Source: Promethearchaeota archaeon
GTDB lineage: Archaea > Asgardarchaeota > Lokiarchaeia > Sigyniarchaeales > SOKP01
NCBI GenBank assembly: GCA_030599585.1
Contig: JAUVNS010000024.1
Coordinates: 1 to 47,477 of the forward strand
Direction of reading: 5' to 3'
Length of the DNA stretch: 47,477 nt
Every line of letters starts with the position of its first letter. The first letter of the stretch is position 1. The notes below the pieces were generated by a model. That model saw only the letters and a list, made by a program, of their open reading frames with translations, searched no databases and was not told the origin of the DNA. The translations under genes and the position numbers were made by a program. Below are positions 39,540 to 47,477 of this stretch, piece after piece.

Positions 39540-39797
39540 ATGCAAATCTATGAATTAAAAATTAATAAAAATACTTGCACCGGTTGTAATGCGTGCGTCG
39601 TTTCATGTCCAATTAACTTTAACGAGTTGAGAAAGAAAAGCTTTTTGAACGAAACGAATGCCGTTATATTAGTCAAAAATGGAATAGCTGTCCCAATTTA
39701 TGACGACGAGAGAGAAGTAAATTGCGATGGGTGTGGAGTGTGCGTAAAATTTTGTCCTCAAGTATCAATTAGAATTATTAATGTGGAGAAAAAATAG
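39540..39797 (+). CDS. fwdG: 2[4Fe-4S] ferredoxin, FwdG-like
   Basis: CTGCNACVVSCP and CDGCGVCVKFCP; heads the fwd cluster. Confidence 0.75.
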   Translation: MQIYELKINKNTCTGCNACVVSCPINFNELRKKSFLNETNAVILVKNGIAVPIYDDEREVNCDGCGVCVKFCPQVSIRIINVEKK

Positions 39798-39805
39798 GTG
39801 AAAAA

Positions 39806-40522
39806 ATGTCGTTTCCAAAAATTTCAAGAACAATTTCAAAAGAATTGGAAAGTATCAAAGTTCAGTTCCTTACTGAAAATTTAGAACTCATACTAAATCG
39901 AGATAAATGCGTTGGATGTGGAACTTGCGCGCGCGTTTGTCCAAAGGACGCTATTTCTCGTGGTCCAGTTGGTATGTCTCGTCGTTTTCCAACTACTGAA
40001 GATATAATACCAGAACTATACGATCCAAAGCTCTGTGTATTCTGTGGAACATGCGTCTATCTCTGCCCTTTTGGAGCATTAACCATGAAAAAAGATGGCG
40101 AGATTATCAATTTAGCCGATATTCCACTTGTTGCTGAAAAAGTTATGCCGAAACTTGACTTTGAAACTAAGAAACTATTAAACGATAGAATCGCAAAACA
40201 ATGGGCTAAAGCAACGGTGAAAGTTATTGACGAAGAATGTGCCAAGGGTTGTGGCTCTTGCGCTGAAGTTTGTCCTTCTGGGTCTATTGTGATCGCTGAA
40301 AGACCGGAACATGGCTGGGAAATGTCTAAAAATGTAGAAGTAGTCGACGAAGACGCTTGTGTAGCTTGTGGTGCTTGCGATAACGCGTGCCCAACAGGAG
40401 CACTAATTCTCGAGATAACCGAAGTTCATACTTCGGGAGAATTTGAAGAAAGATATTGGCCACCTTTATTAGAAAGATTGAAAACCTTAAGATGGAGTAA
40501 AAAGGAGGAGGCAGCAGAATGA
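39806..40522 (+). CDS. fwdF: Polyferredoxin (four 4Fe-4S motifs), short FwdF-like
   Basis: Four CxxCxxCxxxCP-type motifs; position within the fwd cluster. Confidence 0.7.
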   Translation: MSFPKISRTISKELESIKVQFLTENLELILNRDKCVGCGTCARVCPKDAISRGPVGMSRRFPTTEDIIPELYDPKLCVFCGTCVYLCPFGALTMKKDGEIINLADIPLVAEKVMPKLDFETKKLLNDRIAKQWAKATVKVIDEECAKGCGSCAEVCPSGSIVIAERPEHGWEMSKNVEVVDEDACVACGACDNACPTGALILEITEVHTSGEFEERYWPPLLERLKTLRWSKKEEAAE

Positions 40523-40914
40523 GCTTAGATAATTTAATTCTCTTAACAGGGCGAACAATTAGTCAAGGTGTCGCTCTTGAAGGAGGAAAAGCATCACGAG
40601 AGAATGTTAGAGCTTGTGGTATCTGTACATTTGATGCTGATGATTTTAAAAAGCTTGATTGTCTCGTTGGAACTCCAGTTAAAGTTATTACAGATCACGG
40701 TGAGGTCGTGGTTTATTCAACAATTACGGAAGAAGGACCTCATCAAGGCATAATTTTTATACCAATGGGACCCTGGGCAAATCAACTCGTAAATCCTAGT
40801 TCTCAAGCATGTGGTACCCCAACATATAAGGGTATGAGTGCTAAAGTCGAAGTTGTAAAAAGCGGAAAAGTTTTAGGTGCTATAGAATTAATAGGAAGAT
40901 TAAAGGAAGCTTAA
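40519..40914 (+). CDS. fwdD: Formylmethanofuran dehydrogenase subunit D
   Basis: LLTGRTISQG, FIPMGPWAN, G.P.YKG. Confidence 0.92.
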   Translation: MSLDNLILLTGRTISQGVALEGGKASRENVRACGICTFDADDFKKLDCLVGTPVKVITDHGEVVVYSTITEEGPHQGIIFIPMGPWANQLVNPSSQACGTPTYKGMSAKVEVVKSGKVLGAIELIGRLKEA

Positions 40915-40927
40915 CTGAGTGATTAAA

Positions 40928-42253
40928 ATGGTAGTAAAAATAAGAACAGTAAAAGATGTAAGTTGTCCGTTTTGTGGAACTCTTTGTGATGATCTCGAAA
41001 TAGATGTCGATATTAAAACAGATCTTGTTGTAGAAGTAAGAAACGGTTGCCAAATTGGCACGAAGAAATATTTCTCATCAAATCCGAGCGATCACCGTTA
41101 TATGAAACCATTAATCAAAGTAAATGGGGAACATAAAGAAGTTTCTTGGGACGAAGCATTAGATAAAGCTGCAGATATACTGGTAAACGCACAGCGACCT
41201 TTACTTTATGGGTTTTCTAGCACTGAATGTGAAGCTCAGAGTAGAGGTGTTGAATTAGCTGAGATGTTAAACGCTATTTTAGACAACACTGCTTCTGTTT
41301 GTCATGGTCCAAGTTTATTAGCGATACAAGATGTTGGGGCATCACTAGCAACATTAGGAGAGATCAAAAATCGAGCGGATACTATAATTTTTTGGGGCTC
41401 TAACCCAGTCCATGCTCACCCAAGGCATTTAAGCCGCTATAGTGATTTTATTAGAGGATATTTCAGAACTGACGGTAGAAACGATAGAAACATTATAGTC
41501 GTTGACCCAAGAAATACTCATACTGCGCAAATTGCAGATAAATACATTAAAGTTAACCCTAGCGAAGATTACGAATTAATCCAAGCAATTAGGGCAATCT
41601 TGAGAGGTAGTGAATTAGATGTAAAAGAAGTTTCTGGTGTTCCAATAGACGATATAAAAGAATTGGTCGAAGAGTTAAAATCATGCAATTTTGGTGTGGT
41701 CTTTTTTGGTATGGGTTTGACGCAAAGCCTCGCACATCACCGAAATGTAGACACAGCAATCCGTTTAGTAGCGGAATTGAATGATTACACGAAATTTCTT
41801 CTAATTCCTATGCGCGGGCATTATAACGTTGCTGGGGCTAATCAAGTTTTTACTTGGAATACGGGATATCCATATTCAATTGATTTTTCTCGAGGCTATC
41901 CCCGATATAATCCAGGAGAATTCTCTTCTGTAGATTTATTGATGCGGGATGAAGTTGACGCTTCCTTGATAGTTGCTTCTGATCCAGGTAGTAATTTTCC
42001 GGCAGCATCAGTAAAAAACCTATTTAAACATCCGTTAATAGCAATTGAACCTCATATAACTCCAACTTCTGCATTTGCAGACGTAATTTTACCCGCTGCG
42101 ATTGCTGGTATTGAATGCGAAGGAACTGCGTATCGCATGGATGGAGTGCCATTAAGATTAAGGAAAGTTAAAGACCCACCAGGAGAAACCTTATCGGATA
42201 AAGAAATTTTAGAAAAACTTATCGAAAAAGTTAAAGAAAAGTTAGGTGAGTAA
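40928..42253 (+). CDS. fwdB: Formylmethanofuran dehydrogenase subunit B (Mo/W-pterin, Cys-ligated)
   Basis: CPFCGTLCDD, DNTASVCHGPS, FWGSNPVHAHPRH, PMRGHYNV.G, GTAYRMDGVP. Confidence 0.95.
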   Translation: MVVKIRTVKDVSCPFCGTLCDDLEIDVDIKTDLVVEVRNGCQIGTKKYFSSNPSDHRYMKPLIKVNGEHKEVSWDEALDKAADILVNAQRPLLYGFSSTECEAQSRGVELAEMLNAILDNTASVCHGPSLLAIQDVGASLATLGEIKNRADTIIFWGSNPVHAHPRHLSRYSDFIRGYFRTDGRNDRNIIVVDPRNTHTAQIADKYIKVNPSEDYELIQAIRAILRGSELDVKEVSGVPIDDIKELVEELKSCNFGVVFFGMGLTQSLAHHRNVDTAIRLVAELNDYTKFLLIPMRGHYNVAGANQVFTWNTGYPYSIDFSRGYPRYNPGEFSSVDLLMRDEVDASLIVASDPGSNFPAASVKNLFKHPLIAIEPHITPTSAFADVILPAAIAGIECEGTAYRMDGVPLRLRKVKDPPGETLSDKEILEKLIEKVKEKLGE

Positions 42254-42256
42254 AGC

Positions 42257-43066
42257 ATGGCGGAAATTAAATTAAAAATAAAAAAGAAGCTAGATTTTCC
42301 ATTAGAAGCAGATAGTATTACTCCTGATAATTTTGCGGGAAAAACTGCAGCTGATATTAAGAAATTACCTTTGTTTTACGCAACAAAAGAGGTAACTATT
42401 GGTGATTTCTTTGATGTATCAGGCAAATCTACAGATGTGGCTGATACAAAGATAGTTATTGATGGCGATGTATCTAACGTAAAACGAATAGGGGAAAACA
42501 TGACTGCGGGTGAAATAGTTATTAACAGTGGTGTCGGAATGCATGTTGGAAATCATATGTCCGGTGGAAAAATTACTGTTAATGGAAATGCTGACGATTG
42601 GGCTGGTGCTATGCTTCAAGGAGGGGAACTCGAAATTACAGGCGACGCTGGACATTATGTTGGATCGGCTTACAGAGGATACTGGCAAGGTATGAAGAAT
42701 GGCACGATAAAAGTCAAGGGAAGGGTAGGAGTAGAATCAATGTTATGGGCTAAGAGTTCTAAACCTTCAAACAAGTGGCCAACTTTATACTGTGGAAGTG
42801 CCGATTCGTTCTTAGGGATTCACAATCATGGTGGAACTATTGTAGTCGAAGGAGATGTTGACCGCTGCGTGGGCGCTGACCAAGCATGGGGAAATATAGT
42901 TATTAAAGGAAAGGTTTCACGACTCTTACCATCTTATAAAAAAGTTGGCGAAGTTAAAGAAGTCCAACTCCCTAACGGTGAAGTCATAAAAGGAAAATTC
43001 ATCGAATATAGCGGGGACCACACAATTAAGAAAGAAACAAATGGTAGATTGTATATAGCTGCTTAA
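42257..43066 (+). CDS. fwdC: Formylmethanofuran dehydrogenase subunit C
   Basis: PLEADSITPD, GxGxG beta-helix repeats (IG..M..GEI.I.G), GSAYRG.W.GM. Confidence 0.92.
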   Translation: MAEIKLKIKKKLDFPLEADSITPDNFAGKTAADIKKLPLFYATKEVTIGDFFDVSGKSTDVADTKIVIDGDVSNVKRIGENMTAGEIVINSGVGMHVGNHMSGGKITVNGNADDWAGAMLQGGELEITGDAGHYVGSAYRGYWQGMKNGTIKVKGRVGVESMLWAKSSKPSNKWPTLYCGSADSFLGIHNHGGTIVVEGDVDRCVGADQAWGNIVIKGKVSRLLPSYKKVGEVKEVQLPNGEVIKGKFIEYSGDHTIKKETNGRLYIAA

Positions 43067-43186
43067 TACTTAATTCTTTTTTCACATAATTTTTACTCAT
43101 TTTAAATAATAAAGCTTCAATATTATGAAATCAATATTTTATTAAGAAACCCTAATTTTCCTCCCGAGAAAGAATAGGATCGAAAC

Positions 43187-43993
43187 ATGTATCAAAGAAA
43201 AGTTAACATCACGAAAATTCACAAGGGTGTCATAAAAGAAGAAATTGACTTAGTCCTAATAGAGAGTCCAATAGACATCGTTGTAAATTCGGAACCTTTG
43301 GTCAACATAATTTGTTTGAATAAAGATTTAAAAGAGCTCACTGCAGGATTCTTGTTTTCTATTGGAATTATTAATACTATTGATGATATATCTAAAATTA
43401 AGATTGATCAAGTGGAAGGAAAAGTGTATGTTGAGCTTGAAAAATCCTTAGATTTATCTAAAATTTTGGAAATGAATCCAGTCAGCAGAGTTATTGATAC
43501 TACATGTGGAATTCCGTCTCCCTGGCGCAATTTAATTAAAGAGAAATTAATCGAAACTGATGATATATTAAATTTGAACACGCAGTTTGTAGTGAGTTCT
43601 GATATTATTTTTTCCGCTATGATAAAAATGCAAAAAGAAACCCCACTATTTAAAGAAACGGGTGGATGTCATGGGGCTGCAATATTCGATCTAGAAGGAA
43701 ATCTTATCGCCGCTAGCGAAGATATTGGAAGACATAATGCTATAGATAAAGTGATTGGTACTTTACTATTTAAAAAGGAATCATTCAATAATAAAATTTT
43801 AACCTCGACTGGTCGCTTGACAGGTGATTCAGTTTTAAAAGCCGTAAGGGCACAGATCCCCATAGTGGCTTCTCTTTCAGCCGCCATCGAATCCGGTATT
43901 AGATTAGCGTCTTCTTATGGAATTACGTTAATTGGTTTTGCTCGAGGTAAGAGAATGAACGTCTATACAAACCCAAAAAGAATAAAGATCTAA
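43187..43993 (+). CDS. fdhD: Formate dehydrogenase accessory sulfurtransferase FdhD
   Basis: TCG, TGGCHGAA, EDIGRHNAIDKVIG, STGR, ITLIGFARG. Confidence 0.93.
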   Translation: MYQRKVNITKIHKGVIKEEIDLVLIESPIDIVVNSEPLVNIICLNKDLKELTAGFLFSIGIINTIDDISKIKIDQVEGKVYVELEKSLDLSKILEMNPVSRVIDTTCGIPSPWRNLIKEKLIETDDILNLNTQFVVSSDIIFSAMIKMQKETPLFKETGGCHGAAIFDLEGNLIAASEDIGRHNAIDKVIGTLLFKKESFNNKILTSTGRLTGDSVLKAVRAQIPIVASLSAAIESGIRLASSYGITLIGFARGKRMNVYTNPKRIKI

Positions 43994-44127
43994 CTAAGGA
44001 TGTGTAAATTGATTCAAACACCTTTTTAATCTTAGGCTCTTCAGATTATTACCCATATATTTATATACGATTTTAACTAGCTAAACCATAATTAAATCGT
44101 CATTTAAAATAGAAAGATGATATAATA

Positions 44128-44511
44128 ATGGCAAATGAAATATCTAAAGGTCTGAAATACGTTCTTCTCATTCATTTCGTACTAGGGATTATCATTGGAG
44201 TAGTTTTTTTATTTTTTCCTGAAGAATATTGTGCGCTTTTTGGAATCGCAATAACTGATCACGGTGTATATAGGCTAATAGGTGCCGCGTCTCTAGCGCT
44301 TGGATTTAGCTCGTATTTAGCGTATAAGAATAGTCAGTGGGACACGGTAAAACTCTTTGTTCAGATGGAAATAGTTTGGCTTATTGGTGCAAATATAGGG
44401 ATGTTATGGTGGTTAATTACAGGAGTATCACCAATGATGTGGGTAATTGAAGTTATGTTTATTTTCTTTACCGTAGCTTTTCTCTTTTTCTACTTTCAAG
44501 AAAATAAATGA
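44128..44511 (+). CDS. Four-TM membrane protein, unknown function
   Basis: Four hydrophobic helices. Confidence 0.75.
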   Translation: MANEISKGLKYVLLIHFVLGIIIGVVFLFFPEEYCALFGIAITDHGVYRLIGAASLALGFSSYLAYKNSQWDTVKLFVQMEIVWLIGANIGMLWWLITGVSPMMWVIEVMFIFFTVAFLFFYFQENK

Positions 44512-44629
44512 TTTTCTTTTTTTTAATTATTCAGTCAAAAATCAACAGAAGTTAAGATGGATGTATAAACTTTAATTTTTATATTATTATATCTAGTGTA
44601 AAATAACTTACATATTAAAAAGTGAGATA

Positions 44630-45226
44630 ATGAAAAATAAGAATTTATTTTGGATTTTTTTAATCGTTTTAGGCGGAATCTTTATGATCATTGGTTCAGC
44701 CATAGGAAGCGCAGTTTTTTATCAATTTCTTTATACTAATCTTGTCGTACCTTACGTTGATCCAGCATTTCATACGCTTATTCAATCAATATTGACTGCT
44801 TTGGAATATATTGCATTTTACGGAGGGTATTCTGTTTTAGTAGGAGCATTCTTCTTACTCATTAAATGGGTTAGAGTAGGTAAAATTATCATAATGATTG
44901 CAACGAGTTTCGGAATGTTAGGATTGATAATATACGCATTAACATGGGCAGTGACCAATTTTAGTATAACTCTAAATCCATCGTTACAATTAATTTTGGC
45001 TCAAATCTACAGCTTGTTTACTTTCAATTCCGGAATTGGATTTACTGGGACTGTACTAGCGGTTATTGGACGGTTCGGGGTAAAGAGAGCAGAGAAAGCG
45101 GACAAAGATAGTTCTACGAGCAACGAAAAAAGTAAAATTAGTAGCGATAGTAAAGCTTGCCCAAATTGTGGTGCGACACTTCCTCTTAAAGCAAACTTTT
45201 GTAATAAGTGTGGGAAAAATATTTGA
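44630..45226 (+). CDS. Membrane protein with a C-terminal zinc ribbon
   Basis: Four TM segments, then CPNCG...FCNKCG. Confidence 0.8.
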   Translation: MKNKNLFWIFLIVLGGIFMIIGSAIGSAVFYQFLYTNLVVPYVDPAFHTLIQSILTALEYIAFYGGYSVLVGAFFLLIKWVRVGKIIIMIATSFGMLGLIIYALTWAVTNFSITLNPSLQLILAQIYSLFTFNSGIGFTGTVLAVIGRFGVKRAEKADKDSSTSNEKSKISSDSKACPNCGATLPLKANFCNKCGKNI

Positions 45227-45415
45227 TTAACTAATCAAATCCTTTCTTTTCTTTTTTATTTAAGTAATGATAAATCAAACTAATAGGAGTAGTTAAATAA
45301 AGGGAAATCATTTAGGATAAGTAATATAACCAATTACTAAGTTTTATATCTCAATTGTTATATATTAATATTTAGGATTGTTTTAAACTATTAATTTAGC
45401 TTTTTTTTCAAGAAA

Positions 45416-46999
45416 ATGGAAATTGAAATTTTTGGTGGAGTGAACGAGATTGGAGGGAATAAAATCTTCATAAATGTAGGAGATAAAAAATTCCTATTTG
45501 ATTTTGGTTTATCTTTTGGCGATATGCAAAAGTATTATTCTGAATTTCTAAAACCTCGCAAATTGAATGGAATTATTGATTATTTGTACTTAGATCTTAT
45601 ACCTTCCATTAATAAATTATACCGGAACGATCTTATTACACCATTTTCGGATATTTTGAATTCAGAACCGTACAAAATTATTACTACTAATGAAAATACT
45701 GTTGATGCCTTTTTTCTTACGCACGCACATATGGACCACTATAAATTTGTGGGATTTTTAAAGCAAAATACACCGATTTATTTAAATTGGATGTCAAAAA
45801 CGATTATAGAACATCTCACTAATACTTCAACTGACACTTTATCACGAGAAGTTTTAAATTTTTATGAAACTTTTAAAATCGTGCCAAAAAAAAGACAACG
45901 TAATGATGATGAAATTGAATATAAGAGAGCAACCAAATCTGATTACGTACACTCAGAAACGAAAAGACCAGTTAAAATAATTAAAGATGGCAAGGCAATA
46001 CATTTTAACTCTCCTAAGGGAGAAATTAAAATTACTCAATACCAAACAGATCACTCTATTCCCGGAGCAGGTTCATACATAGTTGAATACGACGGGAGAA
46101 GCGTTATTTATACGGGAGATTTTAAAAGACATGGATTCCATTCCGAATGGGTAAATGATTTCATTTCACATGCTCGAAATTCCAATCCCATAGCGATAAT
46201 TACGGAAGGTACAAGAGTTCCTGATATTGAATCTTATAGGAAAGGAACTTATCACGATGACGAACAATCAGAAAATGACGTAAAAAGTCGATCAAAAAGG
46301 ATCATACAAGACCATCCGGGATTAATCTTGGTGAGGTTTCCCCCCAGAAACCTTGATAGAATATTATTATATTACTCACTCGCTAAGAAATTCGATAGAA
46401 GGTTCGCAATTAGTCCTAAGATATTCCATTATATCGATAGTTTTAGAATGAGCCTTGATGACATGGAGGAGGATACGAAAGAACGATATTACAATGACTA
46501 CGACCTTCCCGATTTTAGCGATAAAAACTTAGTAGTATATTTACCACGAAAAAGCTGGGGCAAATTCGAATCCGCAGATTATAGAGGATATCAAAATGAC
46601 ATCTTTCGCATCGATAATTACGTAACATATAAGGACATCAAAAAAGAACCTGATAAATACTTACTTTATCTCGACGATTTTATGCTAAGTGAGTTGATTG
46701 ATCTCAATCAAAAACCGGGGACAACACTCTTTTTAAATTCAACTACAGATCCTTTTAGCATAGAGATGAAAATTAAAGAAGAAAAATTAGATGCTTGGCT
46801 TAAGAGGTTTAAGATTTCGAAGAGTGAGACAGTTCATTCATCTGGTCATTGTAGCGTAGATGAATTAATAGATTTCCTTCAAAGAATTAATGCCGAAAAT
46901 ATAATACCCGTACATACGGAACATCCCGAAACATTTCAAGAGTTTGGATTATCTGGAAAAGTAATTTTGCCTGAAAAAGGAAAAAAATATACATTTTAG
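45416..46999 (+). CDS. Metallo-beta-lactamase / beta-CASP nuclease, RNase J-like
   Basis: GGVNEIGGN, THAHMDH, DHSIPG, YTGDF, EGT, HSSGH, PVHTEH. Confidence 0.87.
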   Translation: MEIEIFGGVNEIGGNKIFINVGDKKFLFDFGLSFGDMQKYYSEFLKPRKLNGIIDYLYLDLIPSINKLYRNDLITPFSDILNSEPYKIITTNENTVDAFFLTHAHMDHYKFVGFLKQNTPIYLNWMSKTIIEHLTNTSTDTLSREVLNFYETFKIVPKKRQRNDDEIEYKRATKSDYVHSETKRPVKIIKDGKAIHFNSPKGEIKITQYQTDHSIPGAGSYIVEYDGRSVIYTGDFKRHGFHSEWVNDFISHARNSNPIAIITEGTRVPDIESYRKGTYHDDEQSENDVKSRSKRIIQDHPGLILVRFPPRNLDRILLYYSLAKKFDRRFAISPKIFHYIDSFRMSLDDMEEDTKERYYNDYDLPDFSDKNLVVYLPRKSWGKFESADYRGYQNDIFRIDNYVTYKDIKKEPDKYLLYLDDFMLSELIDLNQKPGTTLFLNSTTDPFSIEMKIKEEKLDAWLKRFKISKSETVHSSGHCSVDELIDFLQRINAENIIPVHTEHPETFQEFGLSGKVILPEKGKKYTF

Positions 47000-47030
47000 T
47001 AATAGCTATTCGATTAATTACTAATTAAAT

Positions 47031-47070
47031 AAAGAAAGAAAAAAAACATTAACACCTAAAAGGTGCTAGT
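47031..47070 (-). terminator. Hairpin plus U-tract downstream of the LVIVD gene
   Basis: Minus strand UAGCACCU-UUU-AGGUGUUA followed by a U-rich run, between convergent genes. Confidence 0.4.
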
Positions 47071-47092
47071 ATTAATTTGTTTGAATTTTGAT

Positions 47093-47476
47093 TTATTCTC
47101 TGGATTCACGGGCAATTTGGCGTTTTTTGGTTATAATTAGACATATAAGGCTAAATCCTACGAATATCAAGAAGAAATTACCAAATGGAATTACTGTAGG
47201 ATTGGAGATGGAAATGTCGATGACCGCTAAACCAGAAGTATAATCCGCCACGAAGGCGTAACCTCCACTCACGTAAACGCCACTTGCTTCTCCAGTCGTG
47301 TCTTCGTAGAGGGGCGTTCCCGGGTTTGTCGGGTCGGAAACATCGATGACTGCCAATCCCGAAGTATAATCTGCCACATAGGCGTAATCTCCGCTCACGT
47401 AAATGTCAAGTGCACCTCCGGTCGTGTCTTCGTAGAGGGGCGTTCCCGGGTTTGTCGGGTCGGAAACGTCGATGAC
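47093..47476 (-). CDS. C-terminal part of an LVIVD-repeat (beta-propeller) surface protein with a Loki-CTERM-like anchor (5' truncated by the window edge)
   Basis: Repeats VSGDYAYVADYTSGLAVIDVSDPTNP; C-terminal IPFG + TM helix + KKR; frame open to the window end. Confidence 0.88.
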   Translation of the reverse strand, partial: VIDVSDPTNPGTPLYEDTTGGALDIYVSGDYAYVADYTSGLAVIDVSDPTNPGTPLYEDTTGEASGVYVSGGYAFVADYTSGLAVIDISISNPTVIPFGNFFLIFVGFSLICLIITKKRQIARESRE

Positions 47477-47477
47477 C
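47215..47477. repeat. 126-bp tandem coding repeat
   Basis: 47295-47341 is identical to 47421-47467 (period 126 bp = 42 aa). Confidence 0.9.

Noticed and set aside
40928-42253. Selenocysteine in FwdB or other selenoproteins
   Set aside because: The metal-ligand codon is TGT (Cys); I saw no in-frame TGA read-through or convincing SECIS in the window.
47215-47477. Diversity-generating retroelement target
   Set aside because: Differences between units are not confined to adenines and no reverse transcriptase is in the window; these are ordinary tandem coding repeats.

Overview
AT-rich archaeal DNA, most likely an Asgard archaeon of the Lokiarchaeia type. This is inferred from a longin-like C-terminal domain, a Loki-CTERM-like membrane anchor, GGTGA/GGAGG ribosome-binding sites and H4MPT-linked C1 genes. 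The window opens in an Hdr-associated Flx-like (AsrA/AsrB-type) Fe-S/flavin operon. It carries redox and housekeeping genes, a 2-oxoacid:ferredoxin oxidoreductase and an fwdG-F-D-B-C/fdhD cluster with no fwdA, and it ends in a GC-rich LVIVD-repeat surface protein. Two regions stand out. (1) At 13.9-16.8 kb, a two-gene operon encodes a DapA-family class I aldolase fused to formaldehyde-activating enzyme (Fae). The aldolase lacks the DHDPS-specific Arg. It is co-transcribed with a 428-aa protein I cannot assign and preceded by a GNRA-capped structured leader, making it a candidate new formaldehyde-channelling route into or out of the H4MPT pathway. (2) At about 19.7-33.8 kb, a tandem array of modules each starts with a double-domain Lrp/AsnC regulator followed by different cargo (Zn-free MDR oxidoreductases, GNAT, DUF4386-like proteins, ABC exporter, small membrane proteins, QueG-like protein). 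Two modules share a ~232-bp non-coding element that is more conserved than the regulators, and the array shows footprints of gene deletion and non-canonical start codons. No rRNA, tRNA, CRISPR array or transposase was recognised. All family calls come from motif recognition by eye; no database search was run.
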